Below are positions 26,779 to 40,261 of a stretch of DNA of 64,000 bases, in pieces. Each line of letters begins with the position of its first letter. Position 1 is the stretch's first letter. This stretch comes from Octopus sinensis (taxonomy: Eukaryota): NCBI RefSeq assembly GCF_006345805.1, contig NC_043001.1, positions 116,250,001 to 116,314,000 on the forward strand, read 5' to 3'. Made by a program: the position numbers and the translations under genes. Below the pieces are notes generated by a model, which saw nothing but the letters and a program-made list of their open reading frames with translations, ran no database searches and was not told the origin of the DNA.

Positions 26779-27447
26779 TCACAGATATATATGTGTGAAT
26801 GTGTATGTGTACATGAGTGCATATATACATATACACTCACACACACACATATACACATAACATGCATACATATATATGCATATTACATACATGTACATGT
26901 ATCAATAATGAATACATATACATATGAATGTGTGTGTGTGTGTTATATATACACACACACACACACACTTATATATAATATAGTGCATATATACATTTAA
27001 CACACACATATATGAAGGTTATGAAATACATTAAGAAAAATAAATGTCATATTGATGTCAATGAATGGCCAAAAACATTAATGCATTAAACAGAGATGCT
27101 TTGTAGGATTTAGTTATGATCCTATACATTCTAAGTTCAAATTCAACCAAGGTCAAGTTGATAAGATAAAATACTAGTCAAATACTACAGTCAATATAAT
27201 TTTCTAACACCTTCCTCACAAATTTCTGGCCTTGTGTTTATGTAAGAAATAATTCCATTTAATAAGAATATTTTTTTTTCTCTAGTTTCAGCTCAGCTGT
27301 GGCCATGTTGATGCAACACTGTTGGAAATCTTAAATGCTCTATAAACTCTATATATACTCATCAAACACACCAGTTAGTTCTATGCTGGAGTCCCTAATG
27401 TTCATAAAAATATATATGCATTTGAATTATATATATAAATCATTATA

Positions 27448-27875
27448 GGTGTAGGCATGGCTGTGTGGTAAGAAGCTTGCTTCTCAACCACATGGTTCTG
27501 AGTTCGGTCCCGCAGCATGGCACCTTGGGCCAACCGAAGCCTTGTGAGTGGATTTGGTAGACAGAAGCTGAAAGAAGCTCATCATACTAAAGGGTTTTTA
27601 TGCCTGGGTCAAACCCTTTAGTTTGACCATATATATATATATATATATATTTTATGTGTGTGTGTGTGCGTGTTTGTATCCCTTCCATCATTTAACAACC
27701 GATGCTGGTGTGTTTATGCCTCTGTAACTTAATGGTTCGGCAAAAGAGACCGATAGAATAAATACTAGGTTTACAATGAATAAAACCTGGGGTTGATTTG
27801 TTCGACTAAAACCCCTTAAGGTACTGCTCCAGCATAGCCACAATCAAATGACTGAAACAAGTAAAAGAATAAAAG
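27448..27875 (+). mobile_element. SINE family A
   Basis: Head and tail both present. Confidence 0.8.
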
Positions 27876-28111
27876 GAAAGAATGTGTTTGTATATATAAT
27901 TTGTACAGATGTTAATATATAGGGACTACATGTAAGTAAGCTAATAGTGAACTACTTAAATGTAAATCTTATGTGTTCTTAAGAGAATGTGTGCATATAA
28001 ATATATACAGTGGCTTTATCACATTACATTAATTTAAAAGGGCCCTAACATGACAGACAAAACCCCCAAGGTAGGTTTAGCCTAAGTACAAATGTAGAAA
28101 ACTGGACTTAC

Positions 28112-28114
28112 CAT
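28112..28114 (-). other. Candidate 3-nt microexon (ATG) or end of an alternative first exon
   Basis: Minus strand reads gtcctcacatcactctttctgCAG|ATG|GTAAGTCC; phase 0/0 fits the flanking exons. Confidence 0.35.
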
Positions 28115-30117
28115 CTGCAGAAAGAGTGATGTGAGGACATCACTGGTTACTACTCCACAGTTTGATAAGTTAAAAAAAAAACAACCAAACAGATTAAGTG
28201 GGATAAAAAGGACAGGATGATGGCTATGTGAAGGGGTGGCAGGGTGCCAGAGAGGAGAGGTAGAAAAGATAGAAAAGTGGGGGAAGGAATGAAGAGGGAG
28301 AGAGATAAAGAGAGGGAGACAATGATATTGGAGGTGATAGTGATTAGGATGATGGTGATGGAGATGGTGATGGTGATGGTGATAGGCAGATGATGGGAAT
28401 GGTAGTGGTGGTGGGAAAGACAGAAGAGAAACTAACCAGGAGATAACAAAATTCAAGGATAGTGACATCTACCAGAAGTGGTGATGGTTTAGGGGAGTAC
28501 AGGGGAGACAGATGTAAATGTGAAAGTATATTTGGAAGTTTGTGGAGGAGCGGGGTGTGGGGGGGGGGTATTGAGAAATGTGTGCGTATGTGTGTGTGTG
28601 TCTGTTCATCTAATTACTACAGTACATATAGATATATGAGAACGCCAAGAAGGGGTCATCAACATGGTTGTGTAATCTGCTAAAAATAGCAGCCGAAATC
28701 CCTCAAATTAAACTGTATCCTTCTAAGAAATGAAGGACACAAATACTGTGTATGTGACACAAATGACGAAATTGTGGCCAAGATGATGATCAACCCTGCT
28801 GCTTCTGTTTGCCAGGAAGGGAAACAGTTTGCCCTCTGTCTGGGGGGACATGATGAAAGTGGTTGTATGCTGGATGCAACAGAAAGGACTAAAGACAAAT
28901 ACTTTCCTTTTCAACCAAGCCTTTTCCTCTTCAAGTCAAGCCTTTATTGACATTTTCAAGTTCCATTTGGAAAGGAAGATGAAGGGATAGAGAGGGAGGT
29001 AATGCTCTGTGTGAATGGAAGTACTCTCAGCATGAGCCTTTAACTCTTTCTATACCAACCCCAGCTGAAACTGCCTCTGGCTCTGTAGTACAAATGTCTT
29101 GTTTCTGTAAGTTCTACATTAAAATCTTCCACCAAACCTTAGTCACAATTTATGTTCCTAATGCTAACTAGCTTAATGATAAATAAGTTATTTTATTAAA
29201 TTTTTTGTTATATTTAAAATTAATAGAAAGAAACACAGAGCATCTCAGAACACGTCTGAAAGAGGGTTCTTACTCTTGACAGTTGGGGTAATCTTGGAGT
29301 GAAGACAGTAGCCCCCTTGTTGGATCAGAAATATATTCTATTTAGTGAATATATCATCACTTTCCATGTCACATTTTTATATGCACACATTTATTCATTT
29401 TTCATTATAATGTCCTCATCTATGGCCCATGGAGTAAATAAATCATTATTATTATCGTGGGCTGTAGATTGGAAGAATTGTTGGATCTTTTCTATTTGGC
29501 TGCCACTTTTCAATTGCTTTAATTTCTATTCCAACTGATTTCATATTTGGTGTAATGGTGTAGTTTTCTATGCTAATCATTGGCCTAAAACTCATTTTCA
29601 CTATAAATCAATAAATAAAAAGTAAATAGCTTTTAAAGTTTGCAAATTTTGGGTAATTTTAGCCAATCGCAAGCCAGACACATTCATGCCTGTTTCCGTA
29701 ATAACAAGCCAAGCATAAGAATTCTTTTGTCTCCGAGAAAGCACATGTTGACAAATATATTCTACTCATTGAGGTGGTAGTGAAATGTGCTAAAAAGTAA
29801 CAGCTAAATAGGCCTTAAATCATGCACAAACAAATTTTTGGTTTGATTTTTGCATAATCATATGAATTGTGTGTGAAGAATACAAATTCACAAAACATTT
29901 CTGAAAATTCCACAAAATAAAAATGTTACAAGATGTTATATGGTGTGCATGATGCATAATTCCACCAATATTTCATTTGCTTACAGTTGACAATACATGC
30001 TGTCACACACACAGAGTAATCCAAATCCTGTTTCCTGATAGGGTAAAAATGATCAAACTTTAAACCTCTGCAACTTTTTTTTCCGTTTTTACTGGAATAA
30101 GTGAATATCTCTCTCTT

Positions 30118-30507
30118 TTACTCTTTTACTCATTTCAGTCATGTGACTGTGGCCATGCGGGAGCACCGCCTTTAGTCGAGCAAATCGACCCCAGGACTCA
30201 TTCTTTGTAAGACTAGTACTTATTCTATCGGTCTCTTTTGCTGAACCACTAAGTTATGGGGACATAAACACACCACCATCGGTTGTCAAGCAACGTTGGG
30301 AAAACAAACACAGACACACAAACATATACACACATATACATATATACGATGAGCTTCTTTCAGTTTCTGTCTACCAAATCCACTCACAAGGCTTTGGTCG
30401 GCCCGAGGCTTATAGCAGAAGACACTTGCCCAAGGTGCCCCGCAGTGGGACTGAACCCGGAACCATGAGGTTGGTAAGCAAGCTACGTAACACACAGCCA
30501 CTCCTAC
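30118..30507 (-). mobile_element. SINE family A, well conserved
   Basis: Full-length, with many CpGs retained. Confidence 0.88.
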
Positions 30508-31102
30508 ATCTAGGTTTGCCTAGAAAATTACATCAATACACCAAACTTTAAAATTTCCTCTAAACTTTAAAATTTCCACAGGTGCAACCAAATAGAAAAG
30601 ATCCTAGAGTACCAGTCAAGTACTGGAGTCGATTACATCAACAACACTCACCCACCATCAAAATTGATGACTTTGCACCTTAATTAGAAATTATTAGGTG
30701 TAGGAGTAGCATAGCTATTTTTATGGTCATCAACACCATCCTGCCATTATATACACCTTCATCTCCCTCACTGTCAACATCTTTATTATGAAATATAAAA
30801 AAAAAAACAAAAGCAAAATGAAAATGTTTGAAGCTAAAAATAAAGCAGCCTAGGAATAAAAAAAAAAAAAAGGCAGTAGGTGAGGGAAGTTGAAAAGAGA
30901 AAGAGTAAGAGAGAAGAAGGTTGGAGAAAGACAATAACAGAGAAAGAAAGATAAGATGGGTGGAGAAAGAGAGAGAGAGATAAATCAGGAGTGGAGAAAG
31001 AGACAGAGAGATAAAAGAGAGATGGAGAAAGCAGATGGGTAAAACAGGGTTTGTATTTTGATAATGTGTCAGGTAGTGAATTAGGACAGAAACAGAAGGG
31101 TT

Positions 31103-31117
31103 AATACTCATTTACAT

Positions 31118-31191
<74 letters not shown>
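31103..31191. repeat. (CT)n microsatellite
   Basis: Direct reading. Confidence 0.95.
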
Positions 31192-31195
<4 letters not shown>

Positions 31196-32112
31196 GTATA
31201 TATCTGTTATCTTTTCAGTCATAAGGCTGTGGCCACGCTGGGGCACTACCTTGAATTTTTAGTCAAGTAAATCAAGCCCAGAGCATTTTTTTATTTTTAT
31301 TTTTAAAGCCTGGTACTTATTCTATTGGTCTCTTTTGCTGAGCTGCTAAGTTGTAAACTTGAGTGGGGGACAAACACAGATGTATGCAGACACACACACA
31401 CACACATGCATGTGCACACATATAAATTATCAGCCTGGTGCCATCGTCATGTCTTGCCAAAACTTTCCAGTGTGTGTGGGGGTGTGGGGGTGTGGGGTGT
31501 GGGGGTGTGGGGGTGTGGGGGTGTGGGTGGGTGTGTGGGTGTGTGAGTACGTGTGTATATGCAGAGTGAGAGAGGGAGAATGGGTGTAATGTAGACAGTG
31601 ATAAAAAGAATGGAAGAGAGAGACTTCTTGATCTTGTACATTTATTTTTTTACTAATTGTTGCCCCCACCCCCATCGTTGCTAATCTGTAGCAGATAAAA
31701 TTTACATGATTTGATTGGTTAGAAAAAAGAAAATTATGTGTAACTAAGCAGGGACAGTGAAAGACATGGTGAAGATACTGTTAAAAGTAAAGTAAAACAA
31801 ATTGGAGTAAACTACAGTGTAAAAAGAAGCAAAAAATATGAACGACAAAAAAGAGATGTGATATTGTTTAGAGTAAGGGATATCAAACATACAACCCATG
31901 GTAATGTTTCATCTGGACCTGGTACAATTATATATATAAAAATTATAATTGTTATTATAATTTAATTTTAAAACATTCTGTAAAGTATTTATCCCTGGCA
32001 TAGACATGGCTGTGTGGTTAGGGAGATTGCTTTGGAAATACGTGGTTTTGGGTTCAGTCCCACTGTGCAGAAACTTTGGACAATGTCTTCCACAATAGCA
32101 CCAGGCTGACCT

Positions 32113-32520
32113 TTACCTTTTACTTGTTTCGGCCATTTTACTGTGGCTATGCTGGAGCACTGCTTTGAAGGGTTTTTAGTTCAACAAATTGACTTAAATC
32201 TTATTTTCTAAAGCCTAGTACTTATTCTATCAGTCACTTTTGTCGAACCGCTAAGTTACAAGGTACATAAACACATCACCACTGGTTGTCAAGCAGTGGT
32301 GGGGAACAAACACAGATGAAGAGACACACACGCATAGATATATGCATACATATATACGATGGTTTCTGTCAGTTTCTGTCTACCAAATCTACTCACAAGG
32401 CTTTGGTTGGCCTGAGGTTATAGAAGAAGGCACATGCCCAAGGTGCCACACAGTGGGATTGAACCCAGAATCATGTGGTTGGGAAGCAAGCTTCTTACCA
32501 TACAATCATGCCTGTGCCTA
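32113..32520 (-). mobile_element. SINE family A, preceded by an opposite-strand head at about 31995-32110
   Basis: Similarity to the other copies. Confidence 0.8.
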
Positions 32521-33012
32521 TAACTTTGTTCTATTTCCAAGATTAAAACTGTTTCATTACACTTGCAGATGGTCATATTTTGCAAATCAAACATACACAC
32601 TATATATTTGGTCTTCACTTCAGCATCATCATCATTATTATTATTATTATTATTTTAGTTTCTTTGTCAAAATTCTTTTGTCACACATCCAGTAAACTCT
32701 TCAGTGACTCTTTATTTATCCTATATATCTCCTCTTGTTCTGTTTGACCATTCCCAAATATAAAAATGTTTCAACACAAGATTTCACATCAAGAATCTTG
32801 CAAAACAAATACATCAACATCAAACCATTTCCTTTCTGTTAAACCCAGGAGTTCCAAAACTGGAGTGCCAACACCTTCAGAGAGTGTGACAAAGAGAAGG
32901 CATATATATATACTTTATTAAAATCACCGTTCAGGTTAAATTTAACTAAGTCTTAAAACAACCTCATTCTTCTCAACACACCAAGAGCTTTATTTTTCTA
33001 TATAAGTATATT

Positions 33013-34103
33013 TAACCTTTCAACATTCAAATTACTGTCAAATGTAATGCTTATTTATCTTTTATCTTTCATTTGTTTCAGTCATTTGACTGTGGTCATG
33101 CTGGGGCACTGCCTTGAAGGGTTTTAGTTGAATCGATATCAAAACCAGGACTTATTTTTTAAGCTTAGTACTTATTCTCTTAGTCCCTTTTGACAAACTG
33201 CTAAGTTACAGGGACTTAAACCAATACCAGTTGTCAAGCTGTGGTGGGGGGGGGAAAAATGCAGGCACAAAGACACACATAAACACACACACACATATAT
33301 GCCTCATTAAGGGATTATAATATTCAATGAATTTATTGGTTTATTACCTAATATTTGTTTTGAATATTAATTACAACACTCATAAATAATAGGTAATTAG
33401 TTAAACCGAGCTTTATATTTATTTAAGAAAAATAAGAAAATAGAGATTAATCAATTAATAATTATATTTACTAATTGCAGAAATAGACATAATCCCTGAC
33501 ACCTGTTTCGATTCAGATTTTAGAAATTTTAATTCAAATAATTAAATCATTATAAAGTAGCTGAAATGTTCCATACACTTAACACATAAAAATGTAATGG
33601 TATATCTTTTTTTCTACCTCTGACAAGATTCTACTTTATAATGACTTAATTATTTCAATTAAAATTCTTTGAAGTCTGAATCAAAACAGCTATCAGGGAT
33701 TATGCCTATTTTTGCAATTAATATATATAATTATTAACTGATTAATCTCTATTTTCTTATTTTTCTTATATATATATATACACACATACATATGGCAGCC
33801 TTCTTTCGGTTTCTGTTAACCAAATCCATTCACAAGGCTTTAGTCAGCCCAAGGTTATAGTAAAAGACACTTGCCCAAGGTGCCATGCCGTGGGACTGAA
33901 CCTGGAACCATGTGGTTGGGAAGCAAACCTCTTAACAAACAGTATACCTGCACCTGTTTTGAATTAATCATGCTTTATCTTATAGCCTTGACATTTCAAT
34001 AATATGATTCTTTAGTTTTATAATGACATTGTAGGGTAAGCATGAGAGGCCAGAGGTAGAATATTTAGGCCTGATATGGCCAGTTTAAATGCTAAAGAGT
34101 TAA
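33013..34103. mobile_element. Nested stack: piggyBac-like MITE > SINE A (about 33060-33955, minus) > inverted-repeat element (about 33300-33775)
   Basis: MITE halves at 33013-33058 and 33955-34103; the two SINE halves flank an AT-rich insert with inverted arms 33424-33560 and 33631-33768. Confidence 0.7.
33617..33698 (+). ncRNA. Decayed type I hammerhead motif
   Basis: cct-CTGACAA-GATTC..loop..GAATC-AAAAC-agct-ATC-agg; three G>A changes from a canonical core; the opposite arm preserves cGAAAC-aggt-GTC-aggg. Confidence 0.55.
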
Positions 34104-34288
34104 TCCTTAAAGAGATTATGACCAAGGACTATACTCACTGCAACAACATACTCATTTTGTAAATCAAGACAAAATTACTTGAATCCAAGAAGACTTGAAG
34201 AACACAATCAGAAAGAAATTTTCATGTTCTGATAAAGTCTTGGATGAGAAGGAGAAACAAAGAAGACACTGAATATTACGCTTTAGAA

Positions 34289-34599
34289 CAGTGGTTCCCA
34301 AACATTTTCAGGCTGCTGCCCACTTGACACCCAGGCCACATTCCTAGTGCACTCACCCCGACTAACCATCACAAACCTAGACCTCTTTCAGAAGGAAAAT
34401 CAAAGTGACTATATTTAACAAATAAAACTTAACCTAATGAACCCATTATTTTGTTGTCTTCACATGAATCGCTACCCCATTATCCCCCCACTTTTTATAT
34501 GAATCGCTATCCCATTATCACCCCACTTTTCTTCAACACCCCCTTGGAACTTTCCACCACCTCCAGTGGGGGTGATACCACCAACTTTGGGAATCACTG
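34289..34599. mobile_element. hAT (Charlie-like) MITE
   Basis: TIRs cagtggttcccaaa / tttgggaatcactg; 8-bp TSD ctttagaa (34281-34288) and ttttagaa (34600-34607). Confidence 0.8.
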
Positions 34600-35368
34600 T
34601 TTTAGAACATCAAGTGATACACTAGATATAGGTTTATGATTTAGATTACATTTATTTTTTGTAGCTTCACTATTTACATATGTTCAAAAAATGTGATTGA
34701 TTTTACAGTTTGTAGTTTTTTTAATCTTAAGTGTTCGATTTACATTTTTAAAAGAATACATATATTTTTAGTTTCATTTGTTCACCCACAGTTCTGTATG
34801 TAGTTCAATTTAAAACGAATTAGTTACCAGAAAATTGACATTTCATGTTAATATATGCAGGGGGTGAAAAATATTTATCAAACATTTCCTAGGGGTGCAG
34901 GGTTAGAAACCACTGCCCCAACCCCTTTGTGACCATATTTCTTATGCAATACACTGTCAAGAGTAGTGCTCCAGACTCTTAATAAGACACAACTTACGAA
35001 GACTTGTAAGAGAGAGGACAATATTCTCAAAACAAGAAACAACAAACTACCACCACCAAGAACATAGAAAAACATGGCAAATAACTGTAACGACTTGAAA
35101 CACTTGAAACTACTGATATCACTGGAGAGGTTTATTAAAAATGAAATATGCCAGAAGTCGTCTCCACCACTACTGAAGATCAGACCACTCCCCCATTGCA
35201 ATTTTAATATAAATTTCAGAGTTTTCTCCCTTTGCCTATATTAATGAGAAGTGTCATTTATGCTAATGGCATTTTTCACAGCAGATGTAATTATAACTGA
35301 TTAAAAATAATTTTTAGCTTATCAAGTTTTTTTTTCTGCAGAAACTCCCGGTAAATTTTCAATGTCAT

Positions 35369-35414
<46 letters not shown>

Positions 35415-35460
35415 CACATGCTCTTATTCTCCCTCCTTTTCTCTTTCTTTCTTTGTCTTG

Positions 35461-36022
35461 TACTCTCCAGCCTTCATCAGGTGTCTTGGGGAAATTTCGA
35501 ACCTGGGTTCTCATTCCTAAGGTATTTTTCAATGTTATTATTATTATTGAGTGAGAGAGTAGTGCATGCCATCAAAGTGACACTGGGGTAAAATATACGA
35601 AGCCCAGTATACCCATCATGACTACCCGTCTGATAAGGGTACACCAGGCACATGCATCACAACCATATGTGCGCGACATGGTGATCTCATATCAAGATAA
35701 ACAGTACATGACCTTGCAGGTGGGGCCCAGTTAGAATTTCCTTCTGGTCAAGTAACCCATCCCGCTCAAAAGGTCCCTGAATAAGGGTTGTTTAAGGATG
35801 TTGAACGAAACACCCATGTATCCAGAGGTGAATTATTCAAACCCCCAAAGAATCCCTCTGAACACATGGCTATGATGTTCCCCCACTACTTCTGCTCGTG
35901 ATCAGAGATGCACATATCGTCAGCCACTAAGGGACATACTCAACTGGTTAAGGTCAAACAACTAACCTGTGGTATTGAGCAAAATGTTTACTGTAGCCCA
36001 TCTTTTATACCAAGACAAATTA

Positions 36023-36076
<54 letters not shown>

Positions 36077-36156
36077 TCACTGCTTGGAATCAAACTCAGA
36101 ATCTTGGGATTAGTAGCCCACGCTCTTAACCACAATGCCATATGCCTGTGGGCATA
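35461..36156 (-). mobile_element. tRNA-headed SINE-like element with internal (AAT)n, interrupted by an insert (about 35548-36020) and ending in a half hammerhead core
   Basis: Minus strand: ggcattgtggttaagagcgtgggctactaatcccaagattctgagtttgattcc (A/B-box-like), then (AAT)n, then ccaagacac-CTGATGA-aggctggagagta, truncated at a pyrimidine tract. Confidence 0.55.
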
Positions 36157-36312
36157 CAGAACTGTATTATCTTACTTAACTCAAGACCACCACTATCATG
36201 CTAACTACAATATCACTACTACTACCACAACAACAACAACAACTTCTGCACCTCTACTATTACCAGCATCTGTACTACTATACCATGACAACTACACCCC
36301 TATCACCACCTG

Positions 36313-36344
<32 letters not shown>

Positions 36345-37198
36345 ACATCATTACTATTATTAACATGCTGTTACATCTTCAGTTTCTCTCCCTCCTTCCT
36401 TTCTCTCACTCCTCATCAAAAGCACCCAGCATCTTTCCCCAAAATGAAACATTCCTTTTTAGTCACACCAGTAAAGAGGGTGAAGCAAAATTGAGGTATT
36501 TCCTCTTTTAGGGTTCACTGCTTGCCAATCAGATCACTTTATACAGTTTATGCTTCATTGAACACAAGCAAGAAGCATTCAAAGATAAATTAAACAAAAT
36601 TTCCTTCTAGGAGTGGGTGAGTAAGTGACTTCTTTCTTTCTTTCTTTCTTTCTTTTTGTTGAGCTTTTGTTATTTTTTTGTTAAATATTTTTCTTTTGGA
36701 TTTTTGGATTTCTTAAAATTTTCTTTTATCATTTTTTTTCTAATTTTCTAAAATTAAATCACGAGTTTAAGATTATTAAAGAAATATTGTGAGTTAAATT
36801 TTTCGCTCCAGATGACGTTGAAAAATAATATTGGAAGCTCTGAATATACTGTGTTGAATAAACATTTTTAAAAGTCTATTTTATTTTATTCTTGTTCATA
36901 TTTCAAATTCTGTTAAAAAAACAAAAACAAAAAAAAAAACAGTATATTTGAGTGAATTCTTAGTTCCTTTAATCTATTCCAATTCCCTAAGGCTTATATC
37001 GGAAAGTTCCACTTCTCAGAATTTCTTGCTTAAGTAAATTTCTTCTCTGTATTTATAAAAAGCATGCAGGCAAGCAGGCAGACAGGTAGATAGATAGTCA
37101 GAGAGAGAGGGAAAGAGAGAGAGAATCATCTTTTTGCCACCTGAAGGATCACACAGAGCAAGATACTCTGAGTAATGATGAAGTGAGTCATATATAGA

Positions 37199-37365
37199 TG
37201 GTGCAGGTGTGGCTGTGTGGCAAAAAGCTTGCTTCCCAACCACATGTTCCAGGTTCAGTCCCACTGCATAGCAGCTTGGGCAAGTGTCTTCTGCTATAGT
37301 CTTGAACCAACCAAAGCCTGGCGAGTGGATTTGGTGGGCAGAAACTGAAAGAAGCCCCTCATGTA
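37199..37365 (+). mobile_element. SINE family A, 5' half
   Basis: Head and CORE-like segment present. Confidence 0.8.
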
Positions 37366-37555
37366 TATATCTATATACACAGCTATAGAAATATATTCTG
37401 TTACTTGTTTCAGTCATTTGACTGTAGCCATACTGGAGCACTGCCTTAAAGGGATTTTAGTCACAGAAATCAATTCTAGAACTTGTTCTTTGTATCTGGA
37501 CACGTGCAACCAAATTTAATCTGAGATTTATGGAAAGTAGAGGGAAATTCATAGA

Positions 37556-37926
37556 TAACAAGAGTACTCAGAGAGTGGAAATCTCCACCAAGGCAACACC
37601 AATGTCCTCTCAACAATTAGCCAGAGAGATGGTTTTTAAAATGAGAATATCCGAAATAAATGACTGCTCTTACAAACGAGAATACTAAAAATGAACCTGA
37701 CTGCACTCAAAAATTAAGTAAAAAAAAACAAGAAAAATAATCCAGAATCCTTGTCCGGTACCAGATTGATCCCCAAATCTAATGAGTTTGTGTCAGTCAC
37801 AAGGTCAAACATCCCTGAAAGTTCCATCTGCATCCATCCAGCAGTTCTTGAGATATGTTGTTCACAGACAAACAAACAAACATGACTGAAAACAATACCT
37901 CCACCTTAGTGAAGGTGGAGGTAATA
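37556..37926 (+). mobile_element. Non-autonomous DNA element, Helentron/HINE-like
   Basis: 5' subterminal ctccaccaagg and 3' terminal hairpin acctccacctt-agtg-aaggtggaggt; no ORF. Confidence 0.45.
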
Positions 37927-38574
37927 ATTAAAAAAAAAAAACTGATGAGATACATTTACCCAAAAATATAATTGCTCCCTTTATTCAGAAGCAAGAAGGT
38001 AGCCAATAAGAAGAGCATCCAACCATAGAAACCATGCCAATATTTAAACATCCTAGTGAGACATGCTCACCAACTCCTCTACAAGGGTAGTTAGAAAGTC
38101 TGAATAAGATGGAGTTGTACCTGCCCCACTCATGCCAGCATGAAAAAGTGGATGTAGGAGGATGAAGGGTGTGTGGTTTAAGGGGTCAAAACAACTAAAC
38201 TATTGTATGATTATTAGTCCAAACTTTCATTCAAGTAGAGGTGTAGGCATGGCTGTGTGGTTAAAACGTTTGCTTTTCAACCATGTGGTTTCAGGCTCAG
38301 TTTCACTATGCAACCCCTGGCAGCATGTGCCTCCTACTATAGGTTTGGATCACACAATGCCTTGTGAGTAAATTTGGTTGATTGAAACGGTGTAAAGGCC
38401 CATCAAATGTGTGTGTGTGTGTGTGTGTGTGTGCATGTGTGAAGGCACAAGGCCTAAGGTGTAGCATTCAAGATCACAAGATGTGATTTCAATTCTTGAA
38501 TTGGATGGTGTACTATGTTCTTGAGCAAGACACTTCACACTGCTCAGTCCATTTAACTGTGCATGAGTAATTCT

Positions 38575-38915
38575 TGCCATGTAAAAGTGCCCATGCAGCA
38601 TCATGTAAAAGCACCTGTGCAGTGCCACACAAAAGTGCCCGTGTGACACCATATAAAAGCATGTGTGGGGTCACATAAAGGCACCCATGTGGTGCCACAT
38701 AAAACCATCCATGTAGCACCACATAAAAGTGCCTGTGTGGTGTCATGTAAATGTGCCAATTTGGTACCATGTAAAAGCACACAGCACACTCTATAAAGTG
38801 GTTGGCATTAGGAAGGGCATCCAGCTGTAGAAACCATTCCAAATCAGACTGAAGTTTGGTGCATCCCTGCCACCCAGCTAGCCAGCTCTGGTCACACCAT
38901 CCAACCTATACCAGG
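38575..38915 (+). mobile_element. Family B retroposon with an expanded ~20-bp internal subrepeat
   Basis: About 9 units resembling gtgccatgtaaaagcacccatgtg preceding ...gtggttggcattaggaagggcatccagctgtagaaacc. Confidence 0.7.
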
Positions 38916-39747
38916 ATCTCCTAAATCTGCTGACAAGGCGCTTTCGTTAGCTTGAGGTAATAGAAGATACTTGCCAAAGATGTCATGCAGTGGGACTGAA
39001 CCCAGAATCATGTGGTTGGGAAACAAACTTTTTACCCCACAGTCACATCTGTGCCTGTGACCCATTTTAGGATCTCCGTGACTGGTTAGAGAAAAGTATC
39101 TTTAGCCCAAAACCTGGCCCAAATGCCTGCAACAAAGTGGACTCTGTAAAGGCAACCAAGGGTTGGAGGGTAGTGGTGGTGTTAAACAGGGTGCCCATGG
39201 AAAGGTTTCTAAGCAGCCTTATTCTACAAAGGCATTGATCAACTCAAAACCATGGTAGAATATATTTGCCCAAAATGCCACACAATGGGACTGAACCTGA
39301 AACCAGCAGTCTAGTAGCATGCCTGTGTGTACCCACACCTACTTCATTTTAAAGTAAAGGGAGAAATCAAGGCTACAAAGAGCAGTCAGGCATGAAAACA
39401 CTTGCTTCAATAATATGTAAATGTCTAAATTTGAATAAACCATTGAACCATGGCTATCAGATATAAATCACTAAAATTTATTCTGAAAAAGAAATAATAA
39501 AATAAAATGAGATTATTTGCAATGGCAAGACATTAAATGTTTTCTTCCTACATGATTCCTGGTTCAAATCATACCAGAGGTACTTTTCTATGTTTTTAAA
39601 AATCTGAACAAGAGAAAATAATTACCAGTAATATACTGAGGAGTAAATGTTATTAAGTTAATTGCCTCGTTCTCCTTAAAAAACAAAAATCAACACTGTA
39701 ACAATATAATCAATCAATTTGTATCTGATGAAGTTTGTCATCATCAT

Positions 39748-39911
39748 AGGAGCAGGTGTGGCTGTGTGGTAAGAAGCTTGCTTCCCAACCACATGGTTCT
39801 GGGTTCAGTCCCACTGTGTGGCACAACTGAGCAAATGTCTTCTACTATAGCCACGGATCAATGAAAGCCTTATGAGTGGATTTGGGAGACAGAAACTGAA
39901 AGAAGCCTGTC

Positions 39912-39968
<57 letters not shown>

Positions 39969-40122
39969 ATTGTGCATGTATCTGTGTTTGTCCTCCCACC
40001 ATTGCTTGACAACAGATATTGGTGTGTTTACAGCCTCATAACTTAGCAGTTTGGCAAAAGACTAAAGTTGGTGCTCCAGCATGGCCACAATCAAATGATT
40101 GAAACAAGTAAAAGAATAAAAG
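39748..40122 (+). mobile_element. SINE family A
   Basis: Head, central (TA)n and tail present. Confidence 0.85.
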
Positions 40123-40261
40123 AAAAAATAATTTTCATTATCATTCAATGTCTGTTTTCCATGCTGGCATGAGTGGTGAGTGGATAATTTTGTATACCAT
40201 TGAAAAACCTGGGATCAGAGGTTTCAGAGCCATGTTACATGCAGATATGCAAATTCACTTT

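Noticed and set aside
36075-36150. tRNA gene
   Set aside because: Degenerate cloverleaf with no acceptor-stem closure; it is a SINE head. The same applies to the other tRNA-like heads in the window.
36596-36626. Plus-strand ttccttctAG|GAGTGG|GTGAGT microexon-like site
   Set aside because: Opposite strand to the host gene with no plus-strand gene evidence. It also shows that such sites can arise by chance, which tempers the 28112 call.
38575-38790. CRISPR-like regularly spaced repeats
   Set aside because: Eukaryotic context with no unique spacers; these are internal subrepeats of retroposon family B.
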